Virus record (IMG/VR): IMGVR_UViG_3300031673_000018
Strand: one strand, 5' to 3'
Source of the DNA: an uncultured virus (IMG/VR IMGVR_UViG_3300031673_000018)
Taxonomy: Duplodnaviria; Heunggongvirae; Uroviricota; Caudoviricetes
DNA length: 20,000 bases
A program made the position numbers and the translations under genes. This document shows, piece after piece, positions 1 through 8,229 of the stretch; within the stretch, counting starts at the first letter, position 1; each line of letters starts with the position of its first letter. The notes beneath the pieces were generated by a model. It was given only the letters and a program-made list of their open reading frames with translations, did no database searches and was not told the DNA's origin.

Positions 1-24
1 TAACGGTAACTCTTCTGCATAGGT

Positions 25-291
25 TCACTCTTCTTGTATCTCTGTCTCATAGTAATTTGGATCATATTCGTGTATGACGTCAGCCATGTCTATGAGCTCA
101 GGGTCCAGTTCCTGTGCCTTGGCTAAAACGATCTCAGGCTCTCCGCCTTGGGTGGATTCGTCGAGCCACCACTCTCTTATTCCCTCCGCTTCGGTTACCT
201 CGAACCAGAAACCTAGCCGCGCCAGTTGCTTCTCAACAGCCACGGCTCTCTCCCTTAGGCTCGAGACAAACCTGATTGTGACGTCATCCAT
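25..291 (-). CDS. hypothetical protein (88 aa, acidic)
   Basis: ORF in the tightly packed minus-strand array; its ATG overlaps the stop of the upstream gene. Confidence 0.7.
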   Translation of the reverse strand: MDDVTIRFVSSLRERAVAVEKQLARLGFWFEVTEAEGIREWWLDESTQGGEPEIVLAKAQELDPELIDMADVIHEYDPNYYETEIQEE

Positions 292-872
292 TAGACGTTT
301 CCTATCCTTGCTCTCACGTATTCGGCTAACGCCTGTTTCTCGGTGTCGTCTAGGTCTGAGGAGTAGAACTCCTTCTCGAGGCCGATTAGCTCCTTCTCAC
401 TCATGGCTGCCAGGATCCTCTTCTTGAACTCGTCGTAGTCGTTGGTTGACGTCCACCAGTGGATTAGCGGTAAGTCGCTGTGTCTTCGTTTAAAGATCCT
501 CCTCAGCTTACCGTCCTCGTAGACTAGATGGAATGCTCCGTGGTATGTGTCTACGATTATGGTGGTTGGGTTCTCTCTCCAGCAGAGGCCTCCGCATTGC
601 TCGCAGACATAGGAGAGCTCAGCCTGGGCTTTCTCGATCGACCAGTTGACGTTTACTTCGTGTTCTCCCTCGCCTCCGAGGACTATGTTCCTATCCCCGC
701 TGCGCTGCATCTTGATGAGCTCGACGACTGGGTTGCCCTCCTTATAGTTACGGTAGGCGAACCGCCCATCTTCGAGTTCCGGTGTGAGGCAGCCTTCGCA
801 GTTCTTTCGGATAAGGCCGTTGATGCATTTCCTGCAGTCACCAGCGATCTCAAGGACGTGGATATCAACCAT
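291..872 (-). CDS. hypothetical protein with CxxC motifs (193 aa)
   Basis: ORF with CRKC, CEGC and CEQC motifs; GGTGA RBS upstream; overlaps neighbours. Confidence 0.75.
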   Translation of the reverse strand: MVDIHVLEIAGDCRKCINGLIRKNCEGCLTPELEDGRFAYRNYKEGNPVVELIKMQRSGDRNIVLGGEGEHEVNVNWSIEKAQAELSYVCEQCGGLCWRENPTTIIVDTYHGAFHLVYEDGKLRRIFKRRHSDLPLIHWWTSTNDYDEFKKRILAAMSEKELIGLEKEFYSSDLDDTEKQALAEYVRARIGNV

Positions 873-1308
873 TCACTTCATCTCCGTAGTTGTAGACCGT
901 TGCACCATATTCTCTGGCGAGTAAGCAGTATTCTTCAACTGAAACAAAGCTGAGATTCCCTAGAAGCGCTGCGGCTTTTATGGATGGGTGCATATACTCG
1001 ACGAGCTGGAACTCCTCTACGCCGAAGGAACCTACATCCCGCTCCACCTTGGCGCCCCTGATCCCTTTTATGTCAGGGTCTACCATCGGGGACTGGAAGG
1101 CCCACCTTACTATCTTGTCCTCCGGGATGGATCTTATATTAACCACCGGTGTACCTGGTTGGATGTATTTCTTCCATCCATCCCCGTATCCTTGGATGGT
1201 TCCTTTTGATGCGATTGATCCATCTGCTCTGTGTTCGTTGGGTTTTATGACGGTCCACCCGTTTTTGTGTATTCTTACAAGGACTCCGTCGATTTTTTCT
1301 TCTCTCAT
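865..1308 (-). CDS. hypothetical protein (147 aa, MREEKIDG...)
   Basis: ATG at 1308 with GGAGGA RBS; ATGA overlap with the stop of the frame-corrected RHH gene. The 199-aa ORF in the track is a fusion caused by the frameshift. Confidence 0.7.
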   Translation of the reverse strand: MREEKIDGVLVRIHKNGWTVIKPNEHRADGSIASKGTIQGYGDGWKKYIQPGTPVVNIRSIPEDKIVRWAFQSPMVDPDIKGIRGAKVERDVGSFGVEEFQLVEYMHPSIKAAALLGNLSFVSVEEYCLLAREYGATVYNYGDEVNG

Positions 1309-1464
1309 TGCTCTTCCTCCCCAGCGGTGCGCTCCATGCGCAGCTTCTCGATGAGGGCTTCCCGGGCAAACGCGCTGATACTCGGGCCAATATCCAACTT
1401 CCTCCATGAGCTTGGTGACATCATCAGCTAGGCCCTTCGGGATGCTAACCGTCGTGTACTTCAT
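1305..1464 (-). pseudogene. ribbon-helix-helix (CopG/Arc/MetJ-like) regulator with a +1 frameshift
   Basis: MKYTTVSIPKGLADDVTKLMEEVGYWP continues as SISAFAREALIEKLRMERTAGEEEQ* if one C is removed from TGGCCCGAGT (minus strand, about 1384-1386); typical archaeal RHH pattern. Confidence 0.75.
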
Positions 1465-1494
1465 TGCTCTGCCCCCACTCGGGTCATCAGGTCT

Positions 1495-1686
1495 TTAAGG
1501 AAGCTCAACTGTCTTTACCTTCTGTGCATCCAATTGCCGTAGAAGTTCCTCTGTTGAATCTGCGAACTCTTTTCGGCTTGGGAAGGTGAGAAGTATAAGG
1601 CAGTTCTCGCAGTCGTTATCACAAGCTGTTAGATGTTCTTGGCAATTCTCTTTCTTTGGTTTTGACATAGTCACTATATCATCCAT
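1495..1686 (-). CDS. hypothetical Cys-containing protein (63 aa)
   Basis: ATG at 1686 follows the CAGGTGA RBS in repeat copy A; the MRAGE extension in the track comes from the repeat loop. Confidence 0.65.
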   Translation of the reverse strand: MDDIVTMSKPKKENCQEHLTACDNDCENCLILLTFPSRKEFADSTEELLRQLDAQKVKTVELP

Positions 1687-1694
1687 TTGTTTTT

Positions 1695-1734
1695 CACCTG
1701 CACGCATTCATCAGGTGCTCAGTAGTGAACTGAG
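1695..1734 (-). repeat. two-hairpin element copy A
   Basis: minus strand: CTCAGT-TCACT-ACTGAG + CACCTG-ATGAATGCGTG-CAGGTG. Confidence 0.9.
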
Positions 1735-1735
1735 A

Positions 1736-1960
1736 TTAAACCGGCTGGTTTAACTCCCGAATGGATTCTTTAAAGCATAGTGGGCATTCTATACGCCCCT
1801 CGTATCCCTTCTTGTAGTTCTCCACTGAGCCGTGGATTGGGCAGTCAAAGCGGTAGAATGGTTCGAAGCCTCTCCAGCCGGGGAATTTCCTGTGCTCAAC
1901 ATATCCAGTAAACAAGAAGAATAGCTTCATCTTCCAGTCCACATAAGATTGGTATTTCAT
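1736..1960 (-). CDS. zinc-ribbon protein (74 aa)
   Basis: CPIH...CPLC motif. Confidence 0.7.
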   Translation of the reverse strand: MKYQSYVDWKMKLFFLFTGYVEHRKFPGWRGFEPFYRFDCPIHGSVENYKKGYEGRIECPLCFKESIRELNQPV

Positions 1961-2220
1961 TATGTATCCCTACTTGTATCCAGATGTTTATCAATTTCGT
2001 TGATGCCTTCATCGAGAAATTTGAATTGGTCTTTTCCCTCGAGTAGCATGAGGCTGCTACCGCTGTCCCACTTGATGCTGTGCTGAGGAATGGAAACTGG
2101 TATAGTGTATGACTGCTGTAGGAAATCGTATGTGCCTCTGTCTCCGGGTTTGAGCTTGGTGTAGGGATCGTCGGTGTGTATTAGTTCTACTCGTCTTCCA
2201 TGGTTCCTGTAATCCATCAT
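1960..2220 (-). CDS. DUF4314-like protein (86 aa)
   Basis: GRRVELIHTDDPYTKLKPGDRGT...IKWDSGSSLMLLEGKDQF resembles the DUF4314 pattern. Confidence 0.75.
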   Translation of the reverse strand: MMDYRNHGRRVELIHTDDPYTKLKPGDRGTYDFLQQSYTIPVSIPQHSIKWDSGSSLMLLEGKDQFKFLDEGINEIDKHLDTSRDT

Positions 2221-2227
2221 TTTATTT

Positions 2228-2267
2228 CACCTGCACGCATTCACCAGGTGTCTGCCTCTCGGTCAGA
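2228..2267 (-). repeat. two-hairpin element copy B
   Basis: minus strand: TCTG-A-CC-GAGA-GG-CAGA + CACCTG-GTGAATGCGTG-CAGGTG; preceded by CCCCATTTTTT. Confidence 0.9.
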
Positions 2268-2277
2268 AAAAATGGGG

Positions 2278-2454
2278 TTATGTTATTTCTATTAGATTGT
2301 AGATTATATGGAATCCATAAGCTAGAAGTATCATGGAGCCCGATACGATGGCGGTTGGTATGTCTCGTTTCCTAGTGTAGACTAGACAGATTATGCCTCT
2401 CTCGAAACACACTCCGCAGGCCATTAGGAACAGGACGATGATTAACTTCTTCAT
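2278..2454 (-). CDS. small hydrophobic, probably membrane protein (58 aa)
   Basis: hand-translated MKKLIIVLFLMACGVCFERGIICLVYTRKRDIPTAIVSGSMILLAYGFHIIYNLIEIT*; ATGA overlap with the upstream stop. Confidence 0.65.
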   Translation of the reverse strand: MKKLIIVLFLMACGVCFERGIICLVYTRKRDIPTAIVSGSMILLAYGFHIIYNLIEIT

Positions 2455-2789
2455 TGCAGCAGACCACAGACCTCGTCTATCAGGTCGTATGTCTCGTCTT
2501 CCACGATGTTACGCCGGTTGAGGGCATGGAAAAACTCTTGGACGAAAAGCTTCCGGACGTTCATATCTACATCCTTGAGTTCGCTGTTCATCGCGTAAGC
2601 GAGGGATGTCGCCAGTCCCCGGGCTGTTCCCCAGCCTAGCTTAGTGCCCCTGTTGAGGGTGCCAGTGACTTCCATCAAGGTCTCAAGTGTCTCCTTGAAT
2701 TCGTTGACTCCGTCGTCGAGCATCTTCTCATGGTCTCTTAGCACAGTGATCAAGAGATCGATGATGTCCATCTTCTCAAGATTGTACAT
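2451..2789 (-). CDS. hypothetical protein (112 aa)
   Basis: ORF in array, overlaps neighbours. Confidence 0.7.
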   Translation of the reverse strand: MYNLEKMDIIDLLITVLRDHEKMLDDGVNEFKETLETLMEVTGTLNRGTKLGWGTARGLATSLAYAMNSELKDVDMNVRKLFVQEFFHALNRRNIVEDETYDLIDEVCGLLQ

Positions 2790-3045
2790 CTAGGTGGGTC
2801 CCCACAAACTCTGTCAGGCTCATCGTGCGATCATCTTTTGCGCTCCAGTGTGCTACAGTGTTCTCGCAGAATGGGCATTGGAGATCAGCTTCCTTCTCAG
2901 TTCCTTCGACCTGTTCTGAAGCTGACCAGTCGATGCATTCTCCGCCGTATCTCTTCTCGCTCTTGTATGCAGTGTACTTGTTTTCCTCGGTTACGTAGAC
3001 AGTTACTTCCTCGTAGTCTTTTTCGCATTTGTTACATGTAGGCAT
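2776..3045 (-). CDS. zinc-ribbon protein (89 aa)
   Basis: CNKC...CPFC; RBS within repeat copy C. Confidence 0.75.
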   Translation of the reverse strand: MPTCNKCEKDYEEVTVYVTEENKYTAYKSEKRYGGECIDWSASEQVEGTEKEADLQCPFCENTVAHWSAKDDRTMSLTEFVGTHLDVQS

Positions 3046-3051
3046 TCTTCT

Positions 3052-3492
3052 TCACCTGCTCGCGTGTTTAGGCCAGGTGTCAGGTAGTGAACCTGATTGT
3101 TCTGCCTCGACCATAGCGCTAACTATGTTTGGTGATATCTGGAGACCGTGTATAGTATCCAGAACTGGGGTTAGTTTTCCTTCGGAGATTAGTGAAACGA
3201 TCTGATCGTGTGCCTTTACGATGTCCTCGGATTCATTGGCTCTGTAATACCCGAAACTGCTGGCCCCTAATTTGGTTGTCTTGAATCTGCTTTCATCCTC
3301 AATCTTGAATATCATGGTTTCATATTTCCAATGCACATCATCGATGCGATCTCTAAGGAACCCAAAGAATTCTAGGATGTTCTCTGGATCCTCAATAACT
3401 CTGATGGTGCTGATCTCCCACTTTGCATCTCCGACATCTACGTAATTGCGTTTCAACACTCTTGGGTGCAGATCGGTATCTTCAGTTATCAA
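3052..3492 (-). CDS. hypothetical protein (146 aa); C-terminus DTWPKHASR encoded by the repeat
   Basis: ORF with TTG start (uncertain); terminates at the TGA of the repeat RBS. Confidence 0.65.
   Translation of the reverse strand: MITEDTDLHPRVLKRNYVDVGDAKWEISTIRVIEDPENILEFFGFLRDRIDDVHWKYETMIFKIEDESRFKTTKLGASSFGYYRANESEDIVKAHDQIVSLISEGKLTPVLDTIHGLQISPNIVSAMVEAEQSGSLPDTWPKHASR
3053..3096 (-). repeat. two-hairpin element copy C
   Basis: minus strand: TCAGGT-TCACT-ACCTGA + CACCTG-GCCTAAACACGCGAG-CAGGTG. Confidence 0.9.
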
Positions 3493-3496
3493 GGCT

Positions 3497-3601
3497 TCAT
3501 CGTTTCCTAGCCAGCACTACTCGCATGACCGTCATCTCTATCTCGGTTAGAGGCTTGGCTATCTCTATCTCATCCTTCGATAGTTGATTGTCTGTACTCA
3601 T
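3497..3601 (-). CDS. mini-ORF (34 aa), or frameshifted N-terminus of 3052..3492
   Basis: hand-translated MSTDNQLSKDEIEIAKPLTEIEMTVMRVVLARKR*. Confidence 0.35.
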   Translation of the reverse strand: MSTDNQLSKDEIEIAKPLTEIEMTVMRVVLARKR

Positions 3602-4328
3602 CTTTCTTAACCTTCTTCTTCTCGCGCTTCCTCATCGTCGGGGCGTTGTCGATGAACTTTTGTAGACCTACCTTAGGGGCCTCAAACTTCGGCATGATCT
3701 CCTCGAGGCGCTCCTTAGACAGAGTCTTCCACATAGTCGGGTATCCTAATGGCTGCCACACCACGGTGCCCTCCCAATACTCGAGGGCGATGCTGTTGCA
3801 GTGGACGTTGAGGCTCGGTATGCCGTAGAGTATCGCATTCATGGTCATGTAGACATACATGCGGAAGTCGATGTCCTGGTTAACGTAGATGAAGTTGAGG
3901 CAGCCAACACGCTTGGCGTAGATCTCGGCGGCGCCGATCATGAATCGCCCGCAGCCTGCAGCGGGGTCGTTAAGCCGTTGGGATTCAGCCATCAGTTGTT
4001 CGTCTGTTTGCACGCCGATGGTCATCTCGCACATCATCCTCACGATAGGCATGGGGGTGAAGAACTGTCCTGCCCGGGAGTTGAGTTGCTCTGTCTCTAT
4101 GAGGTATGACCCGAACATGTCATCCCATTCGCCGTGCCTGGGATCCTTCTGGAATTCCTGATGGGCTAACCAGATCTCCCTTATGAGCTCCATGTTCTCT
4201 TTGTAGTCAGCTGCTGTCTCGGGTGTGAAGTCCTGTGCTTCTTTGATGATCTTAGTGTAGATCTGTCTATCCAGTTTCTTGGTTCCGGTTATCGGCTCGA
4301 GGTTCTTCAGTCTCTTTATCCAGCTCAT
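3570..4328 (-). CDS. N-6 DNA methylase (HsdM-like) domain protein lacking catalytic motif IV
   Basis: GQFFTPMPIVRMM, SAM-binding NDPAAGCGRFM and NQDID present; no NPP(F/Y) anywhere in the ORF. Confidence 0.85.
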   Translation of the reverse strand: MSWIKRLKNLEPITGTKKLDRQIYTKIIKEAQDFTPETAADYKENMELIREIWLAHQEFQKDPRHGEWDDMFGSYLIETEQLNSRAGQFFTPMPIVRMMCEMTIGVQTDEQLMAESQRLNDPAAGCGRFMIGAAEIYAKRVGCLNFIYVNQDIDFRMYVYMTMNAILYGIPSLNVHCNSIALEYWEGTVVWQPLGYPTMWKTLSKERLEEIMPKFEAPKVGLQKFIDNAPTMRKREKKKVKKDEYRQSTIEG

Positions 4329-4818
4329 CGTAGTAGCACCATATCTCTGGGTGTCCTGGGTTAGGGCAGTTGCCCCCGTATTCGCATGGGTAAACCTTGC
4401 ACTTTACGGGACAACTTAGACTCCTATTCCATCCATGGTCGCATGGGAGGTCGTCTTCTCGAGTGTAGTCCGGCGTCTTATGCATGAGGTTCCACTCGTT
4501 GTTCCCCCACCTTAAAGCCTCAGCAAAGTCCTTCGTCGTGAAGGCTATCGCTTCTGTTCCTGTCGGCTTATGGGTGATTACTTGCCATGACTCGGCTTCG
4601 ATGTCCTCCCCATAACCGTGCAGCACAACCGTCCTGCTGAAGGTTCGGTAGAGTTCCCATACTTTGTCGACTAGGTTCCTCCGTAGACTCAGCTGGTGGT
4701 TGGGGAGTATGGTTGTTATCTTATCGGCTGGTATCCATGCGTAGTAGTCAACCTCATGCATCGAGTACCCGGGGTTATCCGGGTCATCTCTTTGGAAAGC
4801 GTATTCACATATCCTCAT
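4267..4818 (-). CDS. hypothetical protein with Cys-rich C-terminus (183 aa)
   Basis: ORF in array. Confidence 0.7.
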   Translation of the reverse strand: MRICEYAFQRDDPDNPGYSMHEVDYYAWIPADKITTILPNHQLSLRRNLVDKVWELYRTFSRTVVLHGYGEDIEAESWQVITHKPTGTEAIAFTTKDFAEALRWGNNEWNLMHKTPDYTREDDLPCDHGWNRSLSCPVKCKVYPCEYGGNCPNPGHPEIWCYYDELDKETEEPRADNRNQETG

Positions 4819-4822
4819 TTCG

Positions 4823-5230
4823 TTAATCCTCTGTTGACTCGAATCTATACTCTTTAGCCTCGAAGTCCTTGATCGTTGCGATCACTTCATGGTTGCTGAA
4901 CATGAATAGCTCAGGATACATGAAGGAATCAAACCCATCCCTTTTCAGCATCCTCTCTATCAGCTGGAAATCTTCTTCATCCTCGTAATGATAGCTTAGG
5001 TACATCACGCTATTCGAATAATTGGGATGATTCACCCAGTCTAAGAGTATCTTCTTACCGTCTTTGACTAGATACATCTGTGCATCTAGACCGAAGATCA
5101 TAGCTTGCCAGATGATCTTCAATGGCGTCCATGGAGGATCCTCCCAATTCTTAGGTGCGTATTGTTCTTCATGTGTTTCATCGATCTGATCTCCGCAGAT
5201 TGAACAGGGCTGTCTGATGTATCTTTTCAT
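4823..5230 (-). CDS. hypothetical protein (135 aa)
   Basis: ORF in array with N-terminal CSIC. Confidence 0.7.
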   Translation of the reverse strand: MKRYIRQPCSICGDQIDETHEEQYAPKNWEDPPWTPLKIIWQAMIFGLDAQMYLVKDGKKILLDWVNHPNYSNSVMYLSYHYEDEEDFQLIERMLKRDGFDSFMYPELFMFSNHEVIATIKDFEAKEYRFESTED

Positions 5231-5234
5231 CTTA

Positions 5235-5666
5235 TCACTTCTTCACGAAGGGCCTCCACCACTGGATGGCTTTCTGGTTGGCGAGCTTGTCGCCTTCCTT
5301 ATCCTCTATGCAGTAGTTGAGGACTCCGTTAGGGAGATCTGTGTCTAGTAGGTTGACCTCGAGGTTTCTGAACTGGGCTACTAGGAATCGGTGCTTGTAC
5401 CTGAGGATGGTTTCGATGAGCTTCTCAAGCCCTCTGGAATGCACCCTCACGGTGCCGTTGACGTTGTATTCCTCGTCTATGAACTCGGTGGTATCCTTCA
5501 CTTCGAATAGGTCCTCGAACTCCTCTGGGGAGAAGGCAAGTATCACCGCTTTCTTTCCCTCCTTAAAGGCGGGATGAAAGGCAGGGTCTACCTGGATCTC
5601 CAGTGTGTGGTAGTCGTCGTCAGGACCCCATCTGTGGGTCTTTACTTCTGTCTCTGCTATCTTCAT
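5235..5666 (-). CDS. hypothetical protein (143 aa)
   Basis: ATG 5 nt after CAGGTG of repeat copy D. Confidence 0.75.
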   Translation of the reverse strand: MKIAETEVKTHRWGPDDDYHTLEIQVDPAFHPAFKEGKKAVILAFSPEEFEDLFEVKDTTEFIDEEYNVNGTVRVHSRGLEKLIETILRYKHRFLVAQFRNLEVNLLDTDLPNGVLNYCIEDKEGDKLANQKAIQWWRPFVKK

Positions 5667-5671
5667 CTAAT

Positions 5672-5715
5672 CACCTGCTCGCATGTTTAGGTCAGGTGTC
5701 TGCCTCTCGGTCAGA
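5672..5715 (-). repeat. two-hairpin element copy D
   Basis: minus strand: TCTG-A-CC-GAGA-GG-CAGA + CACCTG-ACCTAAACATGCGAG-CAGGTG. Confidence 0.9.
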
Positions 5716-5729
5716 ATAAATGAGGGGGT

Positions 5730-5939
5730 CTACCGTAGAATCCTTGATCTTGTTTTGATGCCGATTATCTCGAGCTCCCATTCCAGTTCATCTGGTTTCT
5801 GTTTCTTGTATTTATCCCCGGTTACTGGGTCTATGCCCTTGTCTCTAAGGTATTGGTTATTGATCCTGTGCTGCTCGATGATCTTCTCCGCTATCTCAAG
5901 GTAAGCTATGTCCATGGTTTCATGTTTGCGCATTAACAA
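5730..5939 (-). CDS. hypothetical protein (69 aa)
   Basis: ORF in array. Confidence 0.6.
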   Translation of the reverse strand: MLMRKHETMDIAYLEIAEKIIEQHRINNQYLRDKGIDPVTGDKYKKQKPDELEWELEIIGIKTRSRILR

Positions 5940-6321
5940 TCTTTGATATCCCTTCCTGTATTGAATTCAGTTTCTCCATGATCATCACCATCACACGGTT
6001 TTTCTCGCTGAGGGATTCTATCTTTGCCCTCCTGTGTGGGAGGTTGGTGGAGAGGTGATAAGGTCTACCCTCAAGGGAGCATCTTATTAGGTGCGTGTAG
6101 ATGCGAGATATCTCCTCGAGTAGATTGTGGTGGTGTTGACATAATGGAATCTTGGTTTGCTTGATGACTCTTATATCATCTGGTGTGAGGTCTGGTAGAG
6201 TTTTTAGTAAGGTCTGTGCTATAAGATGATGATCCCCATGCGACGGGAGACCACACATTACACATATTACATCCACTGTATCTCCCTCACTAGATCTCTT
6301 CACAGTATAATCCAAGCTCAA
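5920..6321 (-). CDS. HNH-like zinc-binding protein, paralog 1 (start uncertain)
   Basis: CVMCG...DHHLI...IPLCQHHHN; closely similar to 8658..8999. Confidence 0.65.
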   Translation of the reverse strand: MSLDYTVKRSSEGDTVDVICVMCGLPSHGDHHLIAQTLLKTLPDLTPDDIRVIKQTKIPLCQHHHNLLEEISRIYTHLIRCSLEGRPYHLSTNLPHRRAKIESLSEKNRVMVMIMEKLNSIQEGISKIVNAQT

Positions 6322-6637
6322 GCATGGCCTCGACTTTAAATGGACTGTTCATAAGCCTGAACCGTATCACCTGTTTGTTCCAACTATCCTCTGAGCAGTC
6401 TTTCCTACATGCCTTGCAGAGCTCGTCGGCTTTCTTCATACGATCCTCCGGCTCTTTGGCTGGTCGAATAAGCCTGGTGCCCAGCTGTGTGCCGTATTTC
6501 TTGAAGTGTTCTTGGCACATGTAGGCGTGTATTCCGAGTGTGGTTTGGGCGTCATACTCTGCCGGCTCCGGTGGCTCACGGCCCTCTTGTTTGCAGAAGT
6601 CACAATCAGGTAGCTCGGTCATTGGTGTACTTTCCAT
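6290..6637 (-). CDS. zinc-finger viral protein (115 aa)
   Basis: CDFC...YDAQT...AYMCQEHF...G; RBS in repeat copy E. Confidence 0.75.
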   Translation of the reverse strand: MESTPMTELPDCDFCKQEGREPPEPAEYDAQTTLGIHAYMCQEHFKKYGTQLGTRLIRPAKEPEDRMKKADELCKACRKDCSEDSWNKQVIRFRLMNSPFKVEAMLELGLYCEEI

Positions 6638-6643
6638 CTGGTT

Positions 6644-6892
6644 TCACCTGCTCGCATGTTTAGGCCAGGTGTCTGCCTTTCGGTCAGAAAAAGATGGGGC
6701 ATCATCAGCGTATGCTATCTCTGAATGCCCTTGGCTGCAGAACTGAGACTCGAACTTTGCCTCTGTTCCGTCAGTGAACCGAATTGTGAGACGGTCAAAT
6801 ATGTCACCCCAAACTTTAGGCTCTTCGATTGTTTCCTTGGTCACTTTGGCTATGGTTTTACCTTCTAGTTTCTTCATGGTTCCATTCCTCAA
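6644..6892 (-). CDS. hypothetical protein (about 80 aa); C-terminus encoded by the repeat
   Basis: ORF reads through repeat E (…DRKADTWPKHASR); start may be ATG at 6877. Confidence 0.7.
   Translation of the reverse strand: MRNGTMKKLEGKTIAKVTKETIEEPKVWGDIFDRLTIRFTDGTEAKFESQFCSQGHSEIAYADDAPSFSDRKADTWPKHASR
6645..6688 (-). repeat. two-hairpin element copy E
   Basis: minus strand: TCTG-A-CC-GAAA-GG-CAGA + CACCTG-GCCTAAACATGCGAG-CAGGTG; preceded by CCCCATCTTTTT. Confidence 0.9.
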
Positions 6893-7152
6893 ATTGGCTC
6901 CAGTAATAGGAAGCCTCCGTTTTCATCGTAGTTGCACAGGACATGCTTATCCTCTATGATGATCTCGGTTAGGTCCTCTAGCATAAACTCTGGTTCATAG
7001 TAGAAACAGTCTTCGGGTTTGATGCACACCCATAAAGCGGGCGTCGAGTCTGGGTAAGGTGGATCTATGAAGTCGTTTCCTCTGTCCTCTACCTCGAGCT
7101 CCCTGATCTTTTCAAGGGTGGAGAAGCAGCCGTGGGTGCTGTAAACCTTCAT
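6889..7152 (-). CDS. hypothetical acidic protein (87 aa)
   Basis: ORF in array. Confidence 0.7.
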   Translation of the reverse strand: MKVYSTHGCFSTLEKIRELEVEDRGNDFIDPPYPDSTPALWVCIKPEDCFYYEPEFMLEDLTEIIIEDKHVLCNYDENGGFLLLEPI

Positions 7153-7178
7153 GCCGATGCTTCCTATGTTCTCAGTCC

Positions 7179-7490
7179 TCAGTCGTAGATTACTTCGGAT
7201 CCGCGCCTCTTCATCCAGCTTATCTCTTCGTCTTCATCCCAGATAACCGTAGTTGCCTGATCGAAAGCCCCACGCCACTCTTTCATATGGCAGTGCTTCG
7301 TGTAGACTTTGACGCACACCTTGCTGGGCCCGTCGCATGTCTCCATGACCTCTATCTGGGAGTTGCATTTGTCACACCATAGGCCTCCGAATGGGGCCAA
7401 GTATGTGAACCGGGTTCCCCCACATACGGGGCATTTGAAGTAGGGCCTGGTTATCGGGTTGAAGTTTCCTATCATGTGTATGCTTATCAT
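7179..7490 (-). CDS. zinc-ribbon protein (103 aa)
   Basis: CPVC...CDKC; GGTGA RBS. Confidence 0.75.
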   Translation of the reverse strand: MISIHMIGNFNPITRPYFKCPVCGGTRFTYLAPFGGLWCDKCNSQIEVMETCDGPSKVCVKVYTKHCHMKEWRGAFDQATTVIWDEDEEISWMKRRGSEVIYD

Positions 7491-7494
7491 TTTA

Positions 7495-7818
7495 TCACCA
7501 GATGATAGAGTCCACTACGCAATCAACGATCTGATGCCATGTCAGAGTGTCACGATCGATATCGAGTCCATCGCACCAGCTCTGAAGCCTCTTCTCCTCG
7601 TCCTCGTCTTGGAGCTTTATCTGGGCGTCTATGAGGTCCTCCATTGTAAGCGCTGACTTACCGTCCTTGATCATCTGTATATCGGCTTCCAATGCCTTCA
7701 CCCATTTCCGGGCGGTTTCTCTCTGCTCTTCCGTGGTGATGTCGTAGCGGCTCAACCAGGTCCTCCGGATGAATCCGATCTCTCCCTCGAGTGATTCGAT
7801 TACTTCCATCTCTGTCAC
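7495..7818 (-). CDS. hypothetical protein (107 aa)
   Basis: ORF in array. Confidence 0.7.
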   Translation of the reverse strand: MTEMEVIESLEGEIGFIRRTWLSRYDITTEEQRETARKWVKALEADIQMIKDGKSALTMEDLIDAQIKLQDEDEEKRLQSWCDGLDIDRDTLTWHQIVDCVVDSIIW

Positions 7819-8225
7819 CTACGTTTTACCATACCGTGAAACTCGCCTTTGAGGATCTTCTTCAAGTCGTCTCTGAAGCTGTCGACGCTAGACTTGGGGT
7901 GGTACTCCCTCTCTGGGTCTGAACTGACTTGACCATCAACGGAGTGTGACTCGCCTTCTGTCAATATGAACTCGGGTATGTAGTTTTCGATGTTCTCCAG
8001 TGCGACGTCTATCCGTGTCATGAGATCCGTTACAACATCCAGGAGGTTGCCTGAGTCGACGTCATCGATAGGGTTGACACCTGCCCGTGTCAGCATGTAG
8101 TTGTGTCGGACCTCGACCTGTTCCTCGTCGCTCATGTTGCCCCACATCCTGCAGACTACAAGGCTTTCCTTGATTTCCCAATGTAGTTTATCCCACCAGC
8201 TCTGAACTTCTGTGTCATCGACCAT
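7815..8225 (-). CDS. hypothetical protein (136 aa)
   Basis: ORF in array. Confidence 0.7.
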   Translation of the reverse strand: MVDDTEVQSWWDKLHWEIKESLVVCRMWGNMSDEEQVEVRHNYMLTRAGVNPIDDVDSGNLLDVVTDLMTRIDVALENIENYIPEFILTEGESHSVDGQVSSDPEREYHPKSSVDSFRDDLKKILKGEFHGMVKRR

Positions 8226-8229
8226 GCTC

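Noticed and set aside
865..1464. 199-aa ORF as a single gene
   Set aside because: Better explained as a frameshifted RHH gene plus a separate gene starting at 1308 with its own RBS.
1695..1734. CUGAUGA in copy A as a hammerhead core or C/D box
   Set aside because: It occurs in one copy only (others have CUGGUGA, CUGGCCU or CUGACCU), and there is no matching three-helix hammerhead core.
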